In this document: in pieces, positions 1 to 9,974 of the stretch | Position numbering within the stretch: position 1 is the first letter of the stretch | How the letters are laid out: each line of letters opens with the position of its first letter | DNA from: Archaeoglobus fulgidus DSM 4304 | Lineage (GTDB): Archaea > Halobacteriota > Archaeoglobi > Archaeoglobales > Archaeoglobaceae | Direction: 5' to 3' | Length of the DNA: 32,000 bases | NCBI RefSeq assembly: GCF_000008665.1 | Contig: NC_000917.1 | Location: 2,100,001-2,132,000, forward strand | Notes under the pieces: model-generated | The model's input: the letters and a program-made list of their open reading frames with translations, nothing else | The model's database searches: none | What the model was told of the DNA's origin: nothing | Program-made: the position numbers and the translations under genes

Positions 1-345
1 GTTTTCGTAAAGCCAGCAACCGTCTGGAAGGAGCTAAAACCGGGAATGAAGTTCGTTTTCTATCAGTCACACGAAGATACTGGTTTTGTTGGTGAGGCAA
101 GGATAAAGAGAGTTGTGCTGTCAGAAAACCCAATGCAGTTCTTTGAAACGTTTGGAGATCGAGTTTTTCTCACAAAGGATGAGCTTAAAGAGTACATGAA
201 GTCGCAGGAAAGGTGGGGAAGAAGAAGAGAAAGCAAAAAGAAAAAGCTCTGGATGGCCATAGAGCTTGAAGACGTCAAGAAATACGATAAACCAATCAAG
301 CCAAAGAGGCTCGTGCCAGTTGGAGGGCAGTATCTCAGAGAATGA
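1..345 (+). CDS. DUF365/PUA-like domain protein, 5'-truncated by window edge
   Basis: Frame 1 is open from base 1 (VFVKPATVWKELKPGMKFVFYQSHEDTGFVGEARI...), ending TGA at 343-345; small PUA/ASCH-like pattern. The ATG at 46 is probably internal. Confidence 0.65.
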   Translation, partial: VFVKPATVWKELKPGMKFVFYQSHEDTGFVGEARIKRVVLSENPMQFFETFGDRVFLTKDELKEYMKSQERWGRRRESKKKKLWMAIELEDVKKYDKPIKPKRLVPVGGQYLRE

Positions 346-1048
346 CCTCAACTTTCTTCAAATACTCTGTATTGCTACTTCCCGCTTTGATAAACTTAGC
401 CGCTTTCTTGACCAACTTCCAAACTAATACTCTACCAGTCGAACCCATCAACCTCTATCTTTCAAATTTTGTGCACTCAGATTTCTATCACCTTACAGGT
501 AACATAGTTGTATATATTGTCTCTGCTTTCCTCTCATTTATCTTCTTTAGGAATTCGGATATGAAAGGGTTTTCTGGATATCTTTTACCCTCATATTCAT
601 TTTTGTACCATATCTGACTTCAATTTCCACAATTTATTTCTTAAATCGGTCTTCAATAGGTTTCTCCGGAGTTGTTTCAGCTTTTATCGGGCTGTATGCT
701 TTTACAATTGTAATATTTCTAACTAAACACTCTGCGAACAGCGCAGTAAGCTTCTTGTTTGTTTTAATCATTGGTGCTGGTGTTATCTCTCTAACTTACA
801 GGGATTTCGTTTTTGGGGCATTATCAGTATCATTTGCAGTATTGATTGCACCAATATTGATGAGAAAGGTTGAATTTGACAGAAAAGAGTTAATACAGTT
901 AATATTGCTGATAGCTTTGTATATATTCTTTATGATTGGGATATTCCCACAGCAACTTGTTATTGGCAGGAATTTCGTAAACATTTTAGGCCACTACTTA
1001 GGATTCTTTGCAGGTTACATGATTCCATGGCTGTTGCGTAGATGGTGA
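342..1048 (+). pseudogene. Rhomboid-family intramembrane serine protease split by a frameshift
   Basis: Frame 3 encodes ...NFVHSDFYHLTGNIVVYIVSAF (HxxxN motif). Frame 2 continues VPYLTSISTIYFLNRSSIGFSGVVSAFIGLYAF (GxSG motif), then NILGHYLGFFAGY (conserved His). Frame change about 550-605. Confidence 0.8.
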
Positions 1049-1052
1049 TAAA

Positions 1053-1358
1053 ATGAGAATAGTATTCGTCTGCTCTCCCTTTCAGGGCAAAGCGGAAAAC
1101 ATCGAGAAAGCCAAGGAGTACTGCCGATTTGTCCTTGAGAAAGGCTGCATTCCCTTAGCCCCACACATCTACTTCAGCCAGTTTATGGATGACAACAATC
1201 CAGAGGAGAGAAGAAAGGCTCTGGAGATGAACAAAAGGCTGATGGAGTTCTGCGATGAGCTGTGGATTTTTGGAGAAGAAATAACGGAAGGAATGAAGGA
1301 GGAGATAGAGCACTTCAGGAAAATTATGGGAGAAAGCAGAATAAGGAAGATAGTTTAA
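1053..1358 (+). CDS. Nucleoside 2-deoxyribosyltransferase-like / DUF4406-type small protein
   Basis: MRIVFVCSPFQGKAENIEKAKEYCRFVLEKGCIPLAPHIYFSQF... typical N-terminal (CSPF/Y)-G and (P)LAPHxYF pattern, followed by CDELWIFGEEITEGM. Confidence 0.7.
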   Translation: MRIVFVCSPFQGKAENIEKAKEYCRFVLEKGCIPLAPHIYFSQFMDDNNPEERRKALEMNKRLMEFCDELWIFGEEITEGMKEEIEHFRKIMGESRIRKIV

Positions 1359-1461
1359 GGTAGGGAAACACGATAAGCTCAAATCAAAGCGGAGGAAGGG
1401 TGATTCTCTAAAGATTATTTTTGTCGTAAAATTTAAATGTGTGATTAAATAAATTTGAAAT

Positions 1462-2273
1462 ATGAAGGTTCTTAGCATCTCTCTGATATTCTTTGCTTTG
1501 TTGCTTACTGGCTGCTCTCAGGTGGAAAAGATTGCACCTGACAACTTCAACAAAATTTTTGAAGAAGGAAAACAGTTCGTGGAAAATACCCAAACTGAAA
1601 TTGAAGATATTGATATAGAACAGTTGATTGAAAAAGCAAAAGAATTGGGATTCAATACGGAAATCCTTACCGCCCTATATGATGAATTAAAGAGAATCCA
1701 CTCAATCAGGAAATTATCGAATTGCTCAAATTCCATGTTACTGCCCTAATGGAAAAGAAATCAATTAATGAATCACATAAAAAACTTGCAGATTCGTTGG
1801 CCAAGGAAATAAAAGCCATAGGCCCGATTGATGAAACCTTCTTTGATGATTACAACACTTAAGAATTCGGAACGCAGTTCCCTGAATTTGACCTCTCTAA
1901 GGAGAGCTTTGCAGGAATTCAGGAGATCAGAAAGGCAGTTGGTTATTCAGCCCTCATCGATTCATACAACAAGCTATACGAATCAGCCAAAAAACTGCCA
2001 AGCGATAGAGATGAGGATTACTGGGAGTTTTACAAGAACCTCTTCCTGCTGATGGTGGATTTTTACTTCATAGAGGAAAAGGTTGCATACAGAGCAGCAT
2101 TTACTACAACTGGCAAAATTGCTGCAACACTGGGGTTGGCAAAAACTCAGGCAGTTCTCGGCCCTAAGGGGTATGGCCTGCTTTTGAATGAAATCCAATG
2201 GATGCTGAGAGGGGAGATAAACGAGGTGTGGGCTGGTTTGCTGGAAGCTCTCAGGAATAATTCGCTGATTTAA
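1462..2273 (+). pseudogene. Lipoprotein-like gene broken by one frameshift and one in-frame stop
   Basis: Signal peptide with lipobox MKVLSISLIFFALLLTGCS. Frame 1 ends at 1749, while frame 3 continues ENPLNQEIIELLKFHVTALMEKKSINESHKKLADSLAKEIKAIGPIDETFFDDYNT, TAA at 1860, then EFGTQFPEFDLSKESFAGIQEIRKAVG...EALRNNSLI in the same frame to 2273. Confidence 0.65.
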
Positions 2274-2367
2274 TTTGATTTACAGCAAACTTCTATCACT
2301 TGTTAAGTTTCGATAAAAACAGAATAAACTATGATGAGAATGAAAACTTTATATCTTTTCAAATTGA

Positions 2368-3841
<1,474 letters not shown>

Positions 3842-3891
3842 AAGGATAAGGAGATTTCTTACTTTCCTATTTTAAGGTAGCTATTGCTGAA

Positions 3892-5070
3892 TTAAACCAA
3901 TTCATAAGCTTCCTTTGGTATCAGATGAACATCCTTCCAGCTCTCCATGTAAATCTGATATACGAATTCAGGGAGAGGGTGTTTGTAATGCTGCCAATCA
4001 ACACTTGAAACGTTATGGGTTAATATGTAGTTCTTGTTTGAAGTATCCCATTTGATTTTATCTGCCATTTGCTCTGCAAATTTCCTCAAATCTCCCAGAA
4101 CGAAATGGCGTTTATTCTTATCTTTGATTAGCTCTCCCTTTTCGAGAGGAATCATAGCTCTCTTAAGCTGTTGCCCACAGCTTTCATGCTCGAACATCAG
4201 TTTCCTCCCTTGCTTTTTCCTGATTTTCAGCAATTCCTTAAGGAAAGGAATCAAATCAGGATGCAAGGGAACGTAATGCTCCATTCTGATTTTATCCTGA
4301 TTGGCTTCAACGAGGAGCGTTGGCGGATTAATCTTTAAGGCTTCTTCAAATTGCTCCACTCTCAACTTACTTATTGTTTCAGGTCTCTGCCCAGTATAAG
4401 CTCCAAATAGAATCTGAGTTACATGTGAAAGTGCAGTTGCATAATCGAGCTTCCCTCTCCCCTTCTTTACAGTTTTCCATTTATTCACGAAATACCTTAC
4501 AGCGTTCTTAACATCATTCTCAGTAATTGCTCTATCAGTTGTTCTTTTCCTCTCCTTGATGCTCTTAGGCATCTCAAGGAAAAGCTCTCCCAAATCCCTA
4601 TAGCGGGTATCCATCCTCAGCTTTGAAAGCTCTCCCAAAAAGCTCTTTCCAAAGTTTAGAACTTTGCTCCATGCATCCCTTGAATCCCAGTTATTTAGAG
4701 TGAACTCCTTAAACTTGCTGAGAGTTTCAAAGCTTACAACTCCTTTAGTTTGCTCCCAAAAAGTTTCTGAAGCTTTTTCTATCCACCATTTGGTTTTCTT
4801 TGAAATTCCCGTTAATCTCTTTTCAGTATAAGCATCCAGCTCCTCTTTGGTATATCTTAGCTCAACATCCATAAGACTTCCTGATGACTGTTTTTTATGT
4901 TCACTTTCGGATAGATTTTTGTAAGACTCTTTAACAACTTCAGACTGCTCTCCTCCCTCCATTTGAACGTCGCCTTGACGAGGCGAAGGTCCCCGGTTCG
5001 AATCCGGGCGAGCCCATTTTTCTCTTGATATGCTTAATTTTGCTGCCTGTTCAGCTCTAAAAAAGCTCAA
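3892..5070 (-). CDS. Archaeal SSV-type tyrosine recombinase/integrase (C-terminal portion; N-terminus read through att site)
   Basis: GQRPETISKLR, DLRKFAEQM and VDWQHYKHP are consistent with tyrosine recombinase active-site boxes. N-terminal peptide ARPDSNRGPSPRQG is the antisense translation of a tRNA T-arm/acceptor, as in SSV-type int genes. TTG start at 5070 is doubtful. Confidence 0.8.
   Translation of the reverse strand: MSFFRAEQAAKLSISREKWARPDSNRGPSPRQGDVQMEGGEQSEVVKESYKNLSESEHKKQSSGSLMDVELRYTKEELDAYTEKRLTGISKKTKWWIEKASETFWEQTKGVVSFETLSKFKEFTLNNWDSRDAWSKVLNFGKSFLGELSKLRMDTRYRDLGELFLEMPKSIKERKRTTDRAITENDVKNAVRYFVNKWKTVKKGRGKLDYATALSHVTQILFGAYTGQRPETISKLRVEQFEEALKINPPTLLVEANQDKIRMEHYVPLHPDLIPFLKELLKIRKKQGRKLMFEHESCGQQLKRAMIPLEKGELIKDKNKRHFVLGDLRKFAEQMADKIKWDTSNKNYILTHNVSSVDWQHYKHPLPEFVYQIYMESWKDVHLIPKEAYELV
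4970..5016 (+). other. tRNA-Val(GAC) 3'-half fragment = probable attachment site core
   Basis: TCGCC TTGACGA GGCGA anticodon arm (anticodon GAC), AGGTC variable region, CCCGG TTCGAAT CCGGG T-arm, CGAGCCC acceptor strand plus A. No tRNA 5' half upstream. Confidence 0.85.
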
Positions 5071-5340
5071 TAATTTGTTTAAGGCTTCTGAAAAGTCGTT
5101 TACGGATTTTTCTTCGAATAAGATGATTCAGATTTTGTTCCAGATCGTTCCATGTAGAAAGTAGGTGAAAGTTAAGGATTTGTTAGGGGTAGGAAAGCTG
5201 AGACATGTTTCTCCTTTTAGTTAGCTGATAAAAGATTCTTTACCTTACTTAGATTGATCAGATGTTGATCAAGAGCATCGACTTCAATGATGAATTTGCT
5301 CGGAATTAATTTATGGTTAAGTTCATAAATCTTGAACTTA

Positions 5341-5525
5341 TCACCCCAGAATTGCATACGATATTGACTCTGTCAGCTTTTTGAAAGCTTTAGCAATTGT
5401 CTCCTTCAGTTCTTCTATACTCGGCGAGATATTTCTGAAACGAACCTTTTAACACTCTTCCAGACTTTTTCAATCGGATTCAGATCGGGAGAGTAGGGAG
5501 GGAGATAAACCAGCAAAATGTTCAT
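5341..5525 (-). mobile_element. IS630-like transposase C-terminal remnant
   Basis: Reverse strand gives MNILLVYLPPYSPDLNPIEKVWKSVKRFVSEIS, a DDE/IS630 C-terminal motif. A frameshift is followed by SPSIEELKETIAKAFKKLTESISYAILG*. Confidence 0.75.
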
Positions 5526-5684
5526 ACTTTTCTGGACTACAGAAAGCAAAAAACTTCAGAAAAAAGAGCTGAGAAGCTGTATAAAGTCTTAGGCAGGGTA
5601 AAGAAGTCAATTTGGAGAGTTTGAGAGAAGATTTCACGAACTCGCATGGTAATCTTTATTAACTACTACTCCAAAAAATGACCT

Positions 5685-5912
5685 ATGAAAGTAAAAGTTA
5701 CTAGGAATTTTCAGATTACTATACCTGCCGAAGTTAGGAGAAAGATGGGATTAAAGCTGGGCGATGTGCTTGAAGTTGAATACAACGAGGAGAAGGGAGA
5801 GGCCATTATAAGGAAGCTCGGTGGAGAGAGAAGGAAGCTGAAAGCGGGAAGAAAGCTTACGCCGGACGAGATAGAGGCGCTGATAGCTGAGGGAATGGGC
5901 GATAACTTATGA
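5685..5912 (+). CDS. vapB: AbrB/SpoVT-family antitoxin (VapB-like)
   Basis: MKVKVTRNFQITIPAEVRRKMGLKLGDVLEVEYNEEKGEAII; overlaps the start of the PIN gene. Confidence 0.85.
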   Translation: MKVKVTRNFQITIPAEVRRKMGLKLGDVLEVEYNEEKGEAIIRKLGGERRKLKAGRKLTPDEIEALIAEGMGDNL

Positions 5913-6313
5913 AAGCCGTCATAGATACAAATGTTATAGTCTACGACACCTTTGAAGACAGCGTTTTTCATCAGGAAGCCATGCAACTCCTCGATAGAAT
6001 TGATGTGTGGGTAATCCCTACGATAGTTATTCACGAGTATGTTTGGGTCCTCAAATCACTGAAGGTGGACGTGAAAGAAATCAAATACAAAGTGGAGGAG
6101 TATCTTAACCACTATAAAACGAAAATGGTTTCAGAAAATAAGCAAATCGTTTTGTCAGCACTGGAAAGAATTGTAGGTGGGGGATTAAGCCTTTCAAGGT
6201 ACAACGACGAGTTGATACTTGCTGTTGCTGGTAGGGAAAAAATAAGCCTTGCAACCTTCGACGAGAGGTTGAGAAGGCAGGCGAGAGCAAGAGGTGTAGA
6301 AGTAATTCCATAG
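5909..6313 (+). CDS. vapC: PIN-domain toxin (VapC-like)
   Basis: MKAVIDTNVIVYDTFEDS...; PIN acidic residues; LATFDERL C-terminal motif; 4-nt overlap with antitoxin. Confidence 0.85.
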   Translation: MKAVIDTNVIVYDTFEDSVFHQEAMQLLDRIDVWVIPTIVIHEYVWVLKSLKVDVKEIKYKVEEYLNHYKTKMVSENKQIVLSALERIVGGGLSLSRYNDELILAVAGREKISLATFDERLRRQARARGVEVIP

Positions 6314-6329
6314 GAGAGCTGGGACAATT

Positions 6330-7205
6330 TTATTTCATAACCGGCAAATCGTTCAAAGTTCTGCAAACTATCCCTTCATTTTTCAGATGCTCCAGTAGTC
6401 TTTTTGACGGCTTTCCGTGGTAAAAAAGGACCTCCTCTGGCTCGCAGTGGTCTATCATCTCAAGTATCCCCCTGTAATCGAGATGGTCGCTGAGGGTTAT
6501 CCTCGGCCACCTGTAGAACTTATGGGCGGTGAGGATGTATCCACCACCGTAAAGAGGAAGGTTCCGGGGTGAGGCGATGAGAGGGCCGTCAGAGGGTTTC
6601 AGGCCGACTGCACTGCAAATCCTCGCAATCTTCTCCTCTGCAGAGAATCCAAACCCATCCTTACTCAGAATTTCCGCCACTCTCTGAGCCTTTCCGATGG
6701 GGTAAGCGCCAAAAACCGCTTTGTTTGATGAAGCGACCTTCAAAAGCTTCTCCACCTCTTCTTCAAAGATGTGGGAAGGGTGGCCGTAGGTTGCTTCGGT
6801 GACAAGAATTTTGCATTTCGGCAGCTTTGAGTAGTCCTTAACGTCTCCGGTAATCAGAATGTCGCTATCCTGAAAATAAAAAGCTGCGGAACCGTGCATG
6901 TGGTAGGTGGGGTAGGTTTTAATTTTTGTATCGCTGAGCCTTATCCTGCTCCCAACCTCAAAAGTAACTCCGGAGAATACTTTGCCTGTGCAGGCCTCAA
7001 GTATCGCCGCACTCTCTCTGCTCGCTACTGCCCTGCTGTTGTCCATGTTCCTCTGGCCGTAGTGGTCTGTGTGGGCGTGGGTGATGAGGTTCATCCCGTA
7101 ATCTGCCGGGGAGGTATCGACGTGGTAGTGCTGTCCCTCAATGCAGAGAGAAAGGTGGGGTCTGCAACCCCTACCGTATTTCCTTCTGTAAAACTCAATC
7201 TGCAC
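6330..7205 (-). CDS. Metallo-beta-lactamase fold exonuclease/hydrolase-like protein
   Basis: NLITHAHTDHYGQ metal-binding motif; TYHMHGSAAFYF, ILITGDVKDYS, LTEATYG-like motif (LVTEATYGHP). Confidence 0.8.
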   Translation of the reverse strand: MQIEFYRRKYGRGCRPHLSLCIEGQHYHVDTSPADYGMNLITHAHTDHYGQRNMDNSRAVASRESAAILEACTGKVFSGVTFEVGSRIRLSDTKIKTYPTYHMHGSAAFYFQDSDILITGDVKDYSKLPKCKILVTEATYGHPSHIFEEEVEKLLKVASSNKAVFGAYPIGKAQRVAEILSKDGFGFSAEEKIARICSAVGLKPSDGPLIASPRNLPLYGGGYILTAHKFYRWPRITLSDHLDYRGILEMIDHCEPEEVLFYHGKPSKRLLEHLKNEGIVCRTLNDLPVMK

Positions 7206-7257
7206 CTTTTCGCATTACCGGCAAGATTTATAATACCTTCCCCCGATTATCACAGGA

Positions 7258-7743
7258 ATGAATCTGAGTGAGTTTGAAAGAGAGGTTAAAGAGCTGTTCG
7301 ATGCCGACCTTGTGGAGAGGGCAAAGAACCTCAAGAAGAGCGGGAACATATTCAACCCAATCTTCTACATCTTCTTCACGAGAATCGTGGAGTTATCGGC
7401 GATTATTAACGATATGGTGCTGCCAAACAGATATGAGCTGGAGGAGCTTTTCAGAACGCGAAAGGACTTCCTGCAGATAGACTACGGCACCATTGGAGAG
7501 ACTATAAGGAGGGCTTGGCTCTATGAGAGGGAGAGGGGTGTGGAGTTCACCTTCAGCAACAGCGTTGAGGACATGCTCTACCTGCTCTACAGGATGGGGA
7601 AGCTGCAGGGCAAGCTTGACAGAATCATAATGAAGTACGCTGAATGGGAGAAGAACAAGCTGGCTGAGCTTTACTTCACCATTCTAAAGATTCTGCTGGA
7701 GCTTGAGGACAGGATAAACAGGGAAATAAGAGAAGAGGCCTGA
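7258..7743 (+). CDS. Conserved hypothetical protein
   Basis: 161-aa ORF immediately downstream of a divergent promoter region, with archaeal codon usage; charged helical protein. Confidence 0.65.
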   Translation: MNLSEFEREVKELFDADLVERAKNLKKSGNIFNPIFYIFFTRIVELSAIINDMVLPNRYELEELFRTRKDFLQIDYGTIGETIRRAWLYERERGVEFTFSNSVEDMLYLLYRMGKLQGKLDRIIMKYAEWEKNKLAELYFTILKILLELEDRINREIREEA

Positions 7744-7784
7744 ATCAAACCCCAAAAGAATTATGAATTTTCCAAAAACCCGAA

Positions 7785-9107
7785 TCAAACCCTTCCAAGC
7801 CTCTCAAGAACCCTCTTCTTTTTCTCCACAGCCTTCATCGCTGCTTCATCCACCTTCCTGCGCATTTCCTCGAAGTCGGGCGGTGTTTCCTCCCCAACAA
7901 CTTTCTTGAGGGGTGTGTATGCCGACTCCCTGAACCTCGGCTTTATCTCCCTAATCTCTCCACCCTCAACGACAAAAGCTCCTTTCCTTCCCTTCTCAAC
8001 CCAGCCAACCTCCTCAATCCTTACTCCTGCCTCTTTCACAGCACTTTTAACAAGCTCTGCCGTCTCAGCATCACATACAACCATCAAAGAGTCGATTGAG
8101 ACACCCATGAAGTCAATTTCAAGCTCTTCGAGCATTTTGAGCACCTTCGGATTCACACAGTTCCTGACCTTGTCGTAGTCGAAAATAAGGGCTAAACCTG
8201 AAACCTTGGCTATCTCCTCAGCATCCCCCCTTATTCCTCCGTTGGTGACATCGCTCATGGAGTGGATTCTTCTGACGAGGTCGGCTTTGAAAATGGCCCT
8301 CACAGCCTTGATAAAGTCAAGGTTGATTGTCTCCTCAACAATCTCGTGCATGCCGAAGTAAATGGCAGTTGTCGCAACAGTCCCTCCTCCAGCCCCCTCA
8401 GTCAGCAAAATTACGTCTCCATCCCTCACATTTCTGCGGGGGGTTATGTGCTTTGAAACCCCAACGCAGCCAACTCCGCCCGTCATCCTCTCCCCTATGA
8501 CCATGTCTCCTCCAATTCTCAGCGTGCTCCCGCTCACCAGCGGAACTTTTACAGCTTCGCAGACTGCTGTTATACCGGCTATGTGGTCGAAAATCTTGCT
8601 GACATCTCCATCATCCGCAATGTGGATGTCGGAGAAAACAGCTACAGGCTCAGCGCCCATGACGTAAACATCCCTCATTGCTGCTCTCGTTACGTGAAAT
8701 CCGGCAATAAAGGGAAACTCGCTCAGCCTCGAATGGATGCCGTCAATTGCAACGGAGATGTAGAAGTCCCCAAACTTCACCACTCCCGCATCATCCAAAT
8801 CCTTCGAAGAAACAACCGCCCCGGAGTCACCTATAACCTCCGCAATCTTCTCGTGAACGTAGAAGTCTCCCCTACCCCTCGAACCGACTCCAAACTCACC
8901 CATAGTGACTCCTGAGCGGTAGTAGTCCAGAAGCCAGTTTGTTTTGCCGTAGGCGTTCTTTACTTCAACGATAACGGCCTCAGCCCATCGCATTGCCCTT
9001 TCAAGGCTCCAGTTTTTAATTTCGGCTATTCTCTCCGCCAGGACCTTTTTAACCTCGTCTTCACCCATTTTTTCGAGCATCCTTCTCGCGTAGCCTTCAA
9101 TGTCCAT
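7785..9107 (-). CDS. AIR synthase-related / HypE-like protein
   Basis: FGDFYISVAIDGIHSRLSEFPFIAG...AAMRDVYVMGAEPVAVFSDIHIADDGDV...SDVTNGGIRGDAEEIA; PurM/HypE-type folds. Confidence 0.8.
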   Translation of the reverse strand: MDIEGYARRMLEKMGEDEVKKVLAERIAEIKNWSLERAMRWAEAVIVEVKNAYGKTNWLLDYYRSGVTMGEFGVGSRGRGDFYVHEKIAEVIGDSGAVVSSKDLDDAGVVKFGDFYISVAIDGIHSRLSEFPFIAGFHVTRAAMRDVYVMGAEPVAVFSDIHIADDGDVSKIFDHIAGITAVCEAVKVPLVSGSTLRIGGDMVIGERMTGGVGCVGVSKHITPRRNVRDGDVILLTEGAGGGTVATTAIYFGMHEIVEETINLDFIKAVRAIFKADLVRRIHSMSDVTNGGIRGDAEEIAKVSGLALIFDYDKVRNCVNPKVLKMLEELEIDFMGVSIDSLMVVCDAETAELVKSAVKEAGVRIEEVGWVEKGRKGAFVVEGGEIREIKPRFRESAYTPLKKVVGEETPPDFEEMRRKVDEAAMKAVEKKKRVLERLGRV

Positions 9108-9209
9108 CGAAGCAATTTTTCCTGAGTGTTAATAAGGTTGACTGAGGCAATCCTTACACTCCAGGAAAACTCACGAAACATTAAATAGCTCAGGAAAGCG
9201 TTAACCATT

Positions 9210-9974
9210 ATGGGTGTGCTTAGAGTTGTTAACCTCGGAGTAAAGGTTGGTGAGAAAAAGATACTCAAAAACGTTAATCTCTTCATCAAAGAAGGGGAGA
9301 CCTTTGTGCTATTCGGCCCAAACGGGTCGGGCAAATCGACCCTTCTCAATGCCTTGATTGGGAACCCGTCGTACAAGGTTACAAGCGGTCGAATCCTGTT
9401 CAAAAAGGTGGATATCACAAATTTGCCCACCAACGAGAGGGTAAAGCTTGGAATTGGCATCGCTTTTCAGAATCCACCAAAAATAAGTGGGGTAAAGCTG
9501 ATTGACGTGCTGAGGTACTGCGCGAGAGTTGGTGGTTACGGAGAGGACAAAATCCTGGAGCTTGCGGAGAAAATGAGGATGACGGACCACCTGTATAGGG
9601 AAATCAACATGGGCTTCTCAGGAGGAGAGGTTAAGAGGTCAGAGCTGCTGCAGCTAATGCTGATGAATCCCGACCTGGTTCTTCTCGATGAGCCTGACAG
9701 CGGCGTTGACCTTGAGAATGTTGCATTAATCGGTGAGGCAATCAGAACTCTCCTCGAAAGGGATAAGGAAGAGGGGGAGAGGACGAAGTCCGGGATAATC
9801 ATAACCCATCAGGGACACATTCTGGATTACGTCGATGCTGATTATGCGGCCATTCTTTACAATGGCAGGATTGCCTGCATAGGCGAGCCGAAGGATATTC
9901 TGAACCAGATTAGAAACCACGGGTATGAGGGGTGTTTGGCGAAATGTCTGGCGAATATGGAGAACTCGGAGTAG
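9210..9974 (+). CDS. sufC: Fe-S cluster assembly ATPase SufC
   Basis: FGPNGSGKST Walker A, MGFSGGEVKRSELLQLMLMNPDLVLLDEPDSGVD signature, THQGHILDYVDAD. Confidence 0.93.
   Translation: MGVLRVVNLGVKVGEKKILKNVNLFIKEGETFVLFGPNGSGKSTLLNALIGNPSYKVTSGRILFKKVDITNLPTNERVKLGIGIAFQNPPKISGVKLIDVLRYCARVGGYGEDKILELAEKMRMTDHLYREINMGFSGGEVKRSELLQLMLMNPDLVLLDEPDSGVDLENVALIGEAIRTLLERDKEEGERTKSGIIITHQGHILDYVDADYAAILYNGRIACIGEPKDILNQIRNHGYEGCLAKCLANMENSE

Noticed and set aside
560-580. Programmed -1 frameshift signal in the rhomboid gene
   Set aside because: ATG AAA GGG TTT TCT does not place an X XXY YYZ heptamer in the right phase and no strong downstream structure was evident; error or mutation is simpler.
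2330-2352. Possible C/D box sRNA from TATGATGAG upstream of the EVE gene
   Set aside because: A C-box-like word is present but no D box at the required spacing.
4970-5016. Complete tRNA gene
   Set aside because: Only the anticodon arm through the acceptor 3' strand is present; the sequence to the left (TCTCCTCCCTCCATTTGAACG) cannot form the acceptor 5' strand or D-arm.
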